Shown here: one piece after another, positions 50,541-59,889 of the stretch
Layout: every line of letters starts with the position of its first letter
Position numbering within the stretch: the first letter of the stretch is position 1
Assembly (NCBI GenBank): GCA_964396555.1
Contig: CAYNFX010000001.1
Span: 14,685 to 78,684 of the forward strand
Length of the DNA: 64,000 nucleotides
Reading direction: 5' to 3'
DNA from: an uncultured Alkaliflexus sp.
GTDB lineage: Bacteria; Bacteroidota; Bacteroidia; Bacteroidales; Marinilabiliaceae
Notes under the pieces: model-generated
What the model saw: only the letters and a program-made list of their open reading frames with translations
Told to the model about the DNA's origin: nothing
Database searches by the model: none
Position numbers and translations under genes: made by a program

Positions 50541-50891
50541 ATGCTTATCCACGTTGTTAAATCAAAGTTACATAATGTAACTGTAACTGAGGCAAATCTC
50601 AACTATGTCGGTAGTATTACTATCGATGAGGAGCTGATGGAAGCCGCCAATATTTTCGAGAACGAAAAGGTTCAGGTGGTAAATAATAACAATGGTGAGA
50701 GAATTGAGACCTATGTTATTAAGGGCGAGAGGGGTTCCGGAGTAATATGCCTGAATGGTGCTGCAGCCCGCAAAGTTGCAGTAGGTGACGTTGTCATTAT
50801 TATTACATATGCAATAATTCCGGTTGAGGAGGCAAATGGACACAAGCCTATCTTTATCTTTCCCGATACTGCTACTAACAGGCTTATCTAA
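50541..50891 (+). CDS. panD: Aspartate 1-decarboxylase
   Basis: [13 protein letters not shown] (G-S cleavage site), [14 protein letters not shown]. Confidence 0.97.
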   Translation: MLIHVVKSKLHNVTVTEANLNYVGSITIDEELMEAANIFENEKVQVVNNNNGERIETYVIKGERGSGVICLNGAAARKVAVGDVVIIITYAIIPVEEANGHKPIFIFPDTATNRLI

Positions 50892-50956
50892 AAGCATGCT
50901 GCCTGTCTTTTTATAAAGAGCTTGGACATTTTCACAGGTGAGGGTTAAACCAAATA

Positions 50957-51000
50957 AGCTTTAACTGAGCCACAATAGTGGTGCAGTTAAAGCTCTTTTT
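50957..51000 (+). terminator. Intrinsic terminator after panCD
   Basis: AGCTTTAACTG...CAGTTAAAGCT 11-bp base stem with inner CCAC/GTGG pairing, then CTTTTT. Confidence 0.75.
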
Positions 51001-51083
51001 ATGCCCGTAGGTGATTTCACAACTCCTGAATCGCAAGTCTGAAACTATTTGTAAATTGCAGGATAGATTACATATTTTTGAAG

Positions 51084-52454
51084 ATGGCCAAGATAAAAAC
51101 CGTTTATATCTGCAGTAACTGCGGTACTGAATCTCCCAAGTGGATAGGCAAGTGCTTTTCCTGTGGTGAGTGGAATACTTTTGTTGAAGAGGTTGTGCAG
51201 ACTGGCAAGAGTAGCCTGCGATCTCAGGCTTCACCTGGTGAGATAACCAGAGCAACTCCTCTTCCGGTAAGTGGGATAGACACGCAGCAGATGCCTAGGA
51301 TTGATACGGGGATCGAGGAATTGAACAGGGTGCTTGGAGGAGGAATGGTTCCCGGATCGCTTGTTCTTCTTGGTGGTGAACCAGGGATTGGTAAATCAAC
51401 CCTTGTCCTTCAAATGGCGCTGAATCTTACAAAGTATAAAGTGCTTTACGTTTCAGGTGAAGAAAGTCCCGGCCAAATCAAGCTAAGGGCTGACCGTCTA
51501 TTGCTTGGTCATGGAGATTATTGCCTTATTCTGTGTGAAACGTCGGTTGAGCAGATCATCACTCATATATATAATGAGAAACCGGATATCCTGATTATAG
51601 ATTCGGTCCAGACCCTTGAGAGGGAAGGTGTGGAGTCAGCTCCTGGAAGCGTTACCCAGGTACGTGAGTCATCAGCTGCCATACTCAGGGTTGCAAAGGA
51701 GCAAAACCTCCCGGTTTTGCTTATTGGGCACATCAACAAGGAAGGTAGCCTTGCAGGACCCAAGGTTCTGGAACATATGGTGGATGTTGTACTGCAGTTT
51801 GAAGGTGACCGCCATTATATGTACCGCATTATTCGCTCAGTAAAGAACCGTTTCGGTTCGACCTCGGAGATAGGAATCTTCGAGATGGAAAGCGGAGGGT
51901 TGAGAGAAGTTTCAAACCCAAGTGAGATGCTCCTTGCGCATCAGGATGAGGATATGAGCGGGATTGCAATCTGTGCTGCCATCGAGGGAGTGCGTCCATT
52001 TCTAATAGAAGTTCAGGCTCTCGCCAGCACCGCTGCCTATGGAACGCCGCAGAGATCTTCAACGGGTTTTGACTTACGCAGGCTTAACATGCTGCTGGCT
52101 GTGCTTGAAAAGCGTGCCGGGTTCAAACTTGCAGCGAAAGATGTGTTCCTTAATATTGCAGGAGGATTGAAGGTCACCGATCCCGCAATTGATCTGGCAG
52201 TTGTAAGTGCTATTTTGTCATCTAATACAGACCTGCCCGTATCACGAGAAATTTGCCTGACAGGAGAGGTGGGGCTTTCAGGCGAGATACGACCAGTTAC
52301 CCGTATAGAACAGCGCATTATTGAGGCGGAGAAGTTGGGATTTAAAACGATAATAATACCTCGATACAACAAGGGTATTAACTTCAAGAAGTTTGATATA
52401 CGGATACAACAGTGCGGTAAAATAGAGGAGGCATTCCGGAGCCTTTTCAGCTAA
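51084..52454 (+). CDS. radA: DNA repair protein RadA/Sms
   Basis: C..CG......W.GKC..C zinc finger, GEPGIGKST, IDSVQT, KNRFG, Lon-like C-terminal domain. Confidence 0.97.
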   Translation: MAKIKTVYICSNCGTESPKWIGKCFSCGEWNTFVEEVVQTGKSSLRSQASPGEITRATPLPVSGIDTQQMPRIDTGIEELNRVLGGGMVPGSLVLLGGEPGIGKSTLVLQMALNLTKYKVLYVSGEESPGQIKLRADRLLLGHGDYCLILCETSVEQIITHIYNEKPDILIIDSVQTLEREGVESAPGSVTQVRESSAAILRVAKEQNLPVLLIGHINKEGSLAGPKVLEHMVDVVLQFEGDRHYMYRIIRSVKNRFGSTSEIGIFEMESGGLREVSNPSEMLLAHQDEDMSGIAICAAIEGVRPFLIEVQALASTAAYGTPQRSSTGFDLRRLNMLLAVLEKRAGFKLAAKDVFLNIAGGLKVTDPAIDLAVVSAILSSNTDLPVSREICLTGEVGLSGEIRPVTRIEQRIIEAEKLGFKTIIIPRYNKGINFKKFDIRIQQCGKIEEAFRSLFS

Positions 52455-52508
52455 TCCGGAATGCCTCAATTATTTTCAGCTTGCCTGTTGTGTATCAGAT
52501 CAAAGGCA

Positions 52509-54860
52509 TTAAAAAAGCTCGTCACCCATCACAGTTTCTATTTCGATCTCTTCTTCTGATACCGGGACATATTCATCCGGGCAGAACAGATTGATATTGA
52601 AGCCTGCAGGAGCTTCAAAACTATCTTCCAGTGAGTAAGGCAACTCCGGGTTTGAATAAGTCGGCGTCATATACAGAGCCCAGATTGGAAGGGCAAGATT
52701 TGCACCCTGTCCCAAAGAGATATTATCAAAGTGTATATCCCTTTCTTCACCACCAACCCATACTCCGGTCACCAGGTTTGGTGTAACACCAATAAACCAA
52801 CCGTCTGAATTGTTTTGAGTAGTTCCGGTTTTGCCTCCTATGCTACCTTTTAGGCCGTATTTCAGTCTCAGACGTACACCGGTTCCCGTATTGACAACAC
52901 CTTGAAGAAGGTTTATCATAAGATAGGCATTATGCTCGTTGATAGCCTCATTCTTCTGAGGTGTGAAGGAATCAATCACATTGCCGTAACGGTCTTCTAT
53001 CCTGGTCACAAATAAAGGTTCAACATGTACTCCCTTGTTTGCAAATGTTCCATAGGCAGCTACCATCTCTTTAAGCGTGAAGTCTGGAGTTCCCAATGAC
53101 AAAGCGGGAACGGGATCCATTGGACTTTTGATTCCAAGAGTACGACAAATTCTTACCACAGCCTCAGGATTGTACTGCTTCATAATCCAGGCCGTAATAT
53201 TATTGTTGGATTGAGCCAGACCCCACTTAAGTGATACCATTTCACCTGATCTTTTATCTGATGAATTGCGTGGTGTCCAGGTATCTCCTGTTGGCAGGTA
53301 GAAGGTTTGAGGTACATTTGGTACAAGATCACATGGCGTCAATCCTTCCTGCATGGCCAGGGTATAGATAAAAGGTTTGATTGTTGAACCAACCTGACGC
53401 TTTCCATCTGTTGCCATGTCATACTTGAAATGCTTGTAGTTGACACCTCCAACATAGGCCTTTACATGACCAGTAAGGGGATCCATGGAGAATAGGCTTG
53501 ACCTGAGGAAGCTCTTGTAGTAATGAATTGAGTCAAGAGGTGTCATTACAGTGTCAATCTCACCCTTGTATGAGAATACCCTCATCTTCACGGGTGATTT
53601 GAAGGCCTTCATTATTGAGTCCTCTGAGGCACCAAGACTTTTTAGTATCCTGTAACGATCGGTCTGCTGAATAGCCCTTTTTATAATTCCGGAATATTGA
53701 TCCTGTGAAATATGCTGAGTATAGGGTGCACGTGTACGTCCCTTCTTTTCGTTTGAAAACTTAGGCTGGATGTCCTTGGACATATGTTCCACAACTGCCT
53801 GCTCAGCATTTTCCTGAAGTCTCGAATCTATAGTAGTATAAATCTTCAAGCCGTCACGGTATATGTCATATATGGAGCCGTCACCTTTTAGGCGTTTGTT
53901 AACCCAGCCATACAGAGGATTGGTTGCCCATTCTACACTGTCTTCCCTAAATCTCTGCATCTGCCATGATGCATAATTCTCACGTGCCGGTTCCTTTGCC
54001 GTAAGCGTAAGCCTCAGATATTCCCTGAAATATGGAGCTAGTCCTCCAACATGGTCAGAACGGTTGAAGTTGATGACCATAGGAAGGTTTTTCAGAGAAT
54101 CATATTCAGCTCTTGTGAGATGCTTGGTCTTCATCATCTGGTTAAGTACCACGTTACGTCGTTGCTGTGTGAGCTCAGGTCTCCTGACAGGGTTGTATAG
54201 CGATGGGTTTTTAAGCATACCTATCAACACTGCTGCTTCCTCAACCTTCAGGGAATCAGGATAGGTATTGAAAAATGTTGAAGCTGCAGACTTGATTCCA
54301 TAGGCGTCATAAATGAACGGCGCCTTGTTGAGATACATTGTCAATATCTCATCCTTTGTATAGCTCCGTTCCAGTTTTACAGCAATAACCCATTCCTTGA
54401 GTTTTTGCATAAGACGTTCCAACTTGCTTTTGGCGGGTGTGTGAAACAACAACTTTGCAAGTTGCTGGGTGATAGTAGAACCACCTCCCGAACTTTCTTC
54501 CCTGAGCATAACTGTCTTTACCAATACTCGCATAAGTCCCCTTCCATCAATACCGGAATGGTCGTGAAATCGTTTGTCCTCAGTAGAGATCAGCGCGTTA
54601 ACTACATTGGGAGATATTTCATCATATTCAACGCGGCTCCTGTTTTCAAGAAAGAACCTTCCCAGTAGCACTCCGTCGGCAGAATAAACTTCAGTCGCCA
54701 GATTGCTTTCCGGATTCTCGAGTTCTTCAAAACTAGGCATGAAGCCAAGTGCCCCGGCCGATATCAGAAAGAAAAGGAGTACCAGAAATACTATTCCGGC
54801 AAGGAAGATGCCGTACATATACTTCACTATCTTCTTTACTCTTGGTGTATTTTCCATCAT
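52509..54860 (-). CDS. mrcA: Class A penicillin-binding protein (PBP1A)
   Basis: TEDKRF..H.G.D, GGSTITQQLAK, ERKL-like/KLKE, transpeptidase STIK, SNN and KTG motifs. Confidence 0.92.
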   Translation of the reverse strand: MMENTPRVKKIVKYMYGIFLAGIVFLVLLFFLISAGALGFMPSFEELENPESNLATEVYSADGVLLGRFFLENRSRVEYDEISPNVVNALISTEDKRFHDHSGIDGRGLMRVLVKTVMLREESSGGGSTITQQLAKLLFHTPAKSKLERLMQKLKEWVIAVKLERSYTKDEILTMYLNKAPFIYDAYGIKSAASTFFNTYPDSLKVEEAAVLIGMLKNPSLYNPVRRPELTQQRRNVVLNQMMKTKHLTRAEYDSLKNLPMVINFNRSDHVGGLAPYFREYLRLTLTAKEPARENYASWQMQRFREDSVEWATNPLYGWVNKRLKGDGSIYDIYRDGLKIYTTIDSRLQENAEQAVVEHMSKDIQPKFSNEKKGRTRAPYTQHISQDQYSGIIKRAIQQTDRYRILKSLGASEDSIMKAFKSPVKMRVFSYKGEIDTVMTPLDSIHYYKSFLRSSLFSMDPLTGHVKAYVGGVNYKHFKYDMATDGKRQVGSTIKPFIYTLAMQEGLTPCDLVPNVPQTFYLPTGDTWTPRNSSDKRSGEMVSLKWGLAQSNNNITAWIMKQYNPEAVVRICRTLGIKSPMDPVPALSLGTPDFTLKEMVAAYGTFANKGVHVEPLFVTRIEDRYGNVIDSFTPQKNEAINEHNAYLMINLLQGVVNTGTGVRLRLKYGLKGSIGGKTGTTQNNSDGWFIGVTPNLVTGVWVGGEERDIHFDNISLGQGANLALPIWALYMTPTYSNPELPYSLEDSFEAPAGFNINLFCPDEYVPVSEEEIEIETVMGDELF

Positions 54861-55070
54861 GTTTATTGAGTAATAGATTTTCCGGGTAAATTTATGAAAA
54901 TATAGGGCTATATTTTATTTTACTGTAGTAAAGATAAGTTTTTGCTTACTTGTACGTTCATTTTGTTTATACTGGTAGCGTAGATTTATTTTAGACCATA
55001 GTAATTAATATTTTATAAATTTGCCCGGCGGAAACTACAATTTCCGCTCATGTAATAATGCATAGCTGCA

Positions 55071-57521
55071 ATGGAGCAAAAAGGAAAAGGGAAGGGGAAG
55101 AACCTTCTGATCGTGGAGTCACCATCTAAGGCCAAGACAATTGAGAAATTTCTTGGTGAGGATTTCGTAGTCAAGTCCAGTTACGGTCATATTCGTGATT
55201 TGTCCAAGAAAGATTACGGAATTGCAATTGAGAAGAATTTTGAGCCTCAGTATGTAGTGGCCCCGGAAAAGAAGGAGTTGGTAAATGAGCTGAAGACCCT
55301 TGTGAAGAAGTCGGATACAGTGTGGCTCGCTTCCGATGAGGACCGTGAAGGAGAGGCAATCGCCTGGCATCTTGCTGAAGTTCTGGAGTTGAAACCGGAT
55401 AAGACCCGACGCATAGTTTTTCATGAAATTACGAAGCCCGCTATACTAAATGCCATACAGACTCCCAGGAATATTGACAGGAATCTTGTTGATGCCCAAC
55501 AGGCAAGGCGTGTGCTTGACCGTCTCGTTGGTTTTGAGCTTTCCCCGGTTCTTTGGAGAAAGGTAAAACCTTCGTTGTCTGCCGGAAGGGTTCAGTCTGT
55601 GGCAGTTCGTCTATTGGTTGAACGAGAAAGGGAGATTTTCAGCTTCCAGTCTGAGTCCTCATTCAGGGTGACAGCCAGATTTTTGGTTACAACCGAGGAT
55701 GGGCGAACTCATGAGTTCAAAGCTGAACTCAATAAGCGTTTTATAACAGAGAAGGAAGCAGAGGAGTTTCTTGAGCATTGCAAGAAGGCCTCTTATGAAG
55801 TGGATGAGGTGGTTCGCAAACCCCTTATCAAGTCCCCTGCTGCACCGTTCACTACATCGACTCTGCAACAGGAGGCATCACGTAAGCTTGGCTTCTCTGT
55901 TGGACAGACTATGTCCATTGCACAACGCCTTTATGAAGAAGGAAAGATTACCTATATGCGTACCGACTCTGTCAATCTTTCCGATTTTGCAATTAAATTG
56001 GCTGCGGATCAGATCAGGAAGGAAATGGGTGAGGAGTATGTAAAGACCCGCAAATATAAGACAACATCCAAGGGGGCACAGGAGGCTCACGAGGCTATTC
56101 GTCCAACCTACCTTGATAAGCCCTCGATTAGTGGTACATCGGCTGAACAACGTCTGTATGACCTTATCTATAAGCGCACTATCGCCTCTCAGATGAGTGA
56201 TGCAAAAATCGAAAAGACCTCTGTAAATGTTAAGGTAAGCGGTTCGACTTTTGTATTTCAGGCATCAGGAGAGGTCATCCTGTTTGATGGTTTTCTGAAA
56301 GTATATATTGAGTCGACAGATCATGAAAAGGAGGATGAGGAAGCTCCCGGCTTTTTGCCTGCAATGAAAAAGGGAGATAAGCTTGAACGTGGAATGCTTG
56401 ATGCCAGGGAACGATGGTCGCAAAAGCCCCCTCGATATTCAGAAGCAAGCCTGGTTCGCAAGCTTGAAGAACTAGGCATAGGTCGTCCCTCGACCTATGC
56501 TCCTACAATAAGCACAATTCAGCAACGGGGTTATGTTGTTAGGGAAGACCGTGAAGGTTCACCCCGCCAGGTTCGTTCACTTACCCTAAAGGGAGATAAG
56601 ATAACGGCGAAGACTCTTACAGAGATTACAGGTAGCGAGAGATCCAAGCTGTTTCCAACGGATATAGCGATGGTAGTGAATGATTTTCTTGTCAGACACT
56701 TCCCCGACATAGTTAATTATGACTTTACAGCCAAGGTTGAGAAGGAGTTTGATAGCATTGCAGCCGGGGAACTTAAATGGAATGATTCGATAGCCAGTTT
56801 TTATCATGCCTTCCACCAGAAAGTAGAAGAGACTCTTGAAAAGTCGGAACGCAATAGCGGAGAGAGGGTGTTGGGAACAGACCCCCGCAGTGGCAAAGCG
56901 GTTTTGGTCAGGATTGGACGTTACGGTCCAATGGCGCAACTTGGTGATGGTAATGAAGGAGAAGATAAGCCCGTATTTGCCAGCCTTGTAAAAGGTCAGC
57001 ATATTGAAACCATCTCTCTGGAAGAAGCTCTCAAATTATTTGAACTACCCCGTACTCTTGGAGAATATGAAGGTAAGACTGTGGTTGTGGGAGTAGGACG
57101 TTTTGGTCCTTACATCAGACACGACGGCAAATTTACCTCTCTCAAAAAGGGTGTTGATGACCCCCTTGAGATTTCACTTGAGAGGTCTATCGAATTAATT
57201 GAAGAAAAAAGAGAAAAAGACAATAATAGGATTATTAGGACGTTTGAAGAGGAGCCAGAGTTGCAAATTCTTAACGGACGATGGGGTCCATATATTAGTT
57301 TTAACAGTGCTAATTATAAGATACCCAAAGGGACTGAGGCATCGGACCTGACACTCGATGAGTGTCGAAAGATTATCAGTGAAGGGGATGCTAAATCCGG
57401 AGGAAAAAGGAAAGCTCCGTCCAGAAGTGTGAAGAAGAACGCAAAAGTGTCAGGCACTGAGGTTAAAGCAAAGTTAAAAGCTAAGACTAATGTTAAGCCC
57501 AAGGCTAAGACCAAGAAATAG
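55071..57521 (+). CDS. topA: DNA topoisomerase I
   Basis: IVESPSKAKTI, S.GHIRDL, ASDEDREGEAIAW, SAGRVQS, LYE.G.ITYMRTDS, EAHEAIRP, GIGRPSTY; C-terminal repeats and Lys-rich tail. TAAATTTG -7 box at 55016-55023. Confidence 0.97.
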   Translation: MEQKGKGKGKNLLIVESPSKAKTIEKFLGEDFVVKSSYGHIRDLSKKDYGIAIEKNFEPQYVVAPEKKELVNELKTLVKKSDTVWLASDEDREGEAIAWHLAEVLELKPDKTRRIVFHEITKPAILNAIQTPRNIDRNLVDAQQARRVLDRLVGFELSPVLWRKVKPSLSAGRVQSVAVRLLVEREREIFSFQSESSFRVTARFLVTTEDGRTHEFKAELNKRFITEKEAEEFLEHCKKASYEVDEVVRKPLIKSPAAPFTTSTLQQEASRKLGFSVGQTMSIAQRLYEEGKITYMRTDSVNLSDFAIKLAADQIRKEMGEEYVKTRKYKTTSKGAQEAHEAIRPTYLDKPSISGTSAEQRLYDLIYKRTIASQMSDAKIEKTSVNVKVSGSTFVFQASGEVILFDGFLKVYIESTDHEKEDEEAPGFLPAMKKGDKLERGMLDARERWSQKPPRYSEASLVRKLEELGIGRPSTYAPTISTIQQRGYVVREDREGSPRQVRSLTLKGDKITAKTLTEITGSERSKLFPTDIAMVVNDFLVRHFPDIVNYDFTAKVEKEFDSIAAGELKWNDSIASFYHAFHQKVEETLEKSERNSGERVLGTDPRSGKAVLVRIGRYGPMAQLGDGNEGEDKPVFASLVKGQHIETISLEEALKLFELPRTLGEYEGKTVVVGVGRFGPYIRHDGKFTSLKKGVDDPLEISLERSIELIEEKREKDNNRIIRTFEEEPELQILNGRWGPYISFNSANYKIPKGTEASDLTLDECRKIISEGDAKSGGKRKAPSRSVKKNAKVSGTEVKAKLKAKTNVKPKAKTKK

Positions 57522-57536
57522 TAAAAGTATATAGAT

Positions 57537-58745
57537 GTGGGTCCTTATTTTGAGCCATATAAAAAGAACGGCAACTCAGGCTTAACCGGTATCCCGGTTG
57601 GAGAAAGCCTTGCAGGCAAGGTGTCATTTTACAAGGGTCAGAATGACTGGTTTAAGGATCCGTCTTACAGTGTTGTAATAATTGGAGCAGGAGAGGCTCG
57701 GAACTCAGCTGATAACAAGGACTGTGGCGCTGCTCCTGATATGATACGTAAGTATTTGTATTCGCTGGCTGTACCTGCCGGTTGTCCTCTAATAGGAGAT
57801 GCCGGGAATATTAGGGGTAGCAGTCTAAATGACAGGTATCTTGCCCTGGAAGAGGCTGTAGCGTGGTTTGTCAAACAAGGCAAAAGCGTAGTGGTACTCG
57901 GAGGGAGTCAGGATCTTTCCCTTCCAATGACAAAAGGTTTTTTAGCCGGAAGTGGGAATGAAAGGATAAACCTGTCAGTTGGAGATTCGATGCTTGATAT
58001 TGATGCAGAGGATGATGATTTTTCATCGCGGACCTGGCTAGGTTATCTGGTTAAGGAACTCGATAAGGTAACGGAAGATGTTACAGTTTTTGGGATTCAG
58101 AGTTATCTTTCTGCGGCTTCTCAACTTGATTTCCTTGGCTCACATTTTTATGAATATGTAAGGCTGGGAGATATCAGGGGCGGTAATTTACATCGTGTAG
58201 AACCGTTGATACGGGATGCAGATGTGTTGAGTCTTGACTTTAGGATGATGCGGTTTCAGCCTCAGTTTGGCAATGGCCTTATTAGTGCTCATGGCATAGA
58301 ACCCTTTGAAATGTGTAGGATTTTACGTTATTCAGGACTTTGTCATAAAGTTAGGCTTACAGGTATTTTTGAAATGCCAGTCAACGAAGGAGGAGACAAT
58401 AATGCAATGTTGGCCGCGCAGCTTGTGTGGCATTTCCTTGATGGTTTTGCAGGAAGATCTGTTGATCAACCAGATGAAGTGTCAGGCTTGTACAGGCAGT
58501 ATGTAGTTCCGGTTGAAGCTTTTGACGAGCAGTTGTATTTTTGTCGAAATACTTCGAATGACAGATGGTGGGTAAAATCTCCCGCTACTGATAGCAGATG
58601 GATTGCATGTGGTCGGGAAGACTACAGGTCTGCATTGCGAAATGAGCTTCCACCCAGATGGTGGCGAATGTATGTGAAGCATTCGACAATTGTCAATAAT
58701 GATAAAAAAAATAACCATTCCCAAAATAAAAAATGTAACCTTTAA
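57537..58745 (+). CDS. Arginase/formimidoylglutamase-fold protein with degenerate metal ligands
   Basis: IIGAGE.R, IR..LY.L, D.GNI, LGGSQDL, G.Q.Y, RLG.IR, GI.PFE.C pattern; located between topA and porP. Confidence 0.7.
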   Translation: MGPYFEPYKKNGNSGLTGIPVGESLAGKVSFYKGQNDWFKDPSYSVVIIGAGEARNSADNKDCGAAPDMIRKYLYSLAVPAGCPLIGDAGNIRGSSLNDRYLALEEAVAWFVKQGKSVVVLGGSQDLSLPMTKGFLAGSGNERINLSVGDSMLDIDAEDDDFSSRTWLGYLVKELDKVTEDVTVFGIQSYLSAASQLDFLGSHFYEYVRLGDIRGGNLHRVEPLIRDADVLSLDFRMMRFQPQFGNGLISAHGIEPFEMCRILRYSGLCHKVRLTGIFEMPVNEGGDNNAMLAAQLVWHFLDGFAGRSVDQPDEVSGLYRQYVVPVEAFDEQLYFCRNTSNDRWWVKSPATDSRWIACGREDYRSALRNELPPRWWRMYVKHSTIVNNDKKNNHSQNKKCNL

Positions 58746-58762
58746 AGAATAAGTTTACGTAT

Positions 58763-59839
58763 ATGGAATTAGTGTCCAAAATCAAGTACAGTAGCGGTTT
58801 AAAGGTGCATTATAGAGATTTGCGGAGCTTTTTTTTTCGTGATTTTAGATATGCAGGTAAAGGTATCTGCCCCTATTTTAAATTGCTGTGCTCTGGTTCT
58901 TTTGTGTTTTTTATTTTATTTTGCACGAATTACGAGGCATTGGCGCAATATGAGCCTCAGTTCAGTCAGAATATGTTCAGCAGGGTAGTGTATAATCCTG
59001 CATTTGCTGGTAGTACCGGTAGAACAAACCTGACTGCACTTGACAGGAGCCAGTGGGTAGGTATGGATAATGCTCCCAGAACAACGGTTTTTGGTGGCGA
59101 TATGGCTCTGAATATTTTGGGAAGTAAAAGTGGTGTGGGGCTGATAGTGATGAATGATGTTGCCGGGTTTGCAAATACGCTCACGATAAGCGGTCTTGTA
59201 TCGAGGCATTATTTTCTTGATGAGTCTCTGTTGAGTATTGGAGCAAGTGTTGGATTTGTAAATAGTGCCTTTGATGGTACTAAACTAGTGTTCAAACCAT
59301 CAGACAGTAATTATCATGATGAAACAGACCCGGCTGTTGCAAAAAGCAAGCAAACGGCTATTACCACGGATGCTGGATTTGGTGTGAGTTTTTTACACCC
59401 GGATTTTTATGCCGGCATATCTTTTTTACATTTATTTGCCCCAAATGCAAACTTTAATGATCAGCTAAACGTATATATTCCACGTTCTTTTTTCTTCACT
59501 GCTGGCTATTTCTATCAGTTTGTTGAGAACCCGATAGAGCTAAGACCTTCAATATTAGTAAAAAAGAGTGGGCCTGCATGGCAGACAGATTTGAATGTAA
59601 AACTATACTGGCAGGATAGGTACTGGGGAGGATTGACATACAGGATTGAGGAAGCTTGGGCAGTGATGGCAGGACTTGAGCTTTCTAATGGAATAAGGGT
59701 TGGTTATTGTTATGACATAAGCAATTCTGATTTAAGCAGAGCGGGTAGCAACGGTACCCATGAGATAATGTTAGGGTATTCATTTGATCTCTCGCTTGAC
59801 AAGAGAGATAAGCGATATAAGAGTGTTAGATTTTTGTAA
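58763..59839 (+). CDS. porP: PorP/SprF family T9SS outer-membrane barrel
   Basis: AQ..PQFSQ.M......NPAFAG, R.QW.G...AP, G.CYD, G.HEIMLGY motifs; true start uncertain. Confidence 0.88.
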   Translation: MELVSKIKYSSGLKVHYRDLRSFFFRDFRYAGKGICPYFKLLCSGSFVFFILFCTNYEALAQYEPQFSQNMFSRVVYNPAFAGSTGRTNLTALDRSQWVGMDNAPRTTVFGGDMALNILGSKSGVGLIVMNDVAGFANTLTISGLVSRHYFLDESLLSIGASVGFVNSAFDGTKLVFKPSDSNYHDETDPAVAKSKQTAITTDAGFGVSFLHPDFYAGISFLHLFAPNANFNDQLNVYIPRSFFFTAGYFYQFVENPIELRPSILVKKSGPAWQTDLNVKLYWQDRYWGGLTYRIEEAWAVMAGLELSNGIRVGYCYDISNSDLSRAGSNGTHEIMLGYSFDLSLDKRDKRYKSVRFL

Positions 59840-59889
59840 ATAAATAAGAAATTGATTATAACAGTACTGATTAAGAATATTCGAAGACT

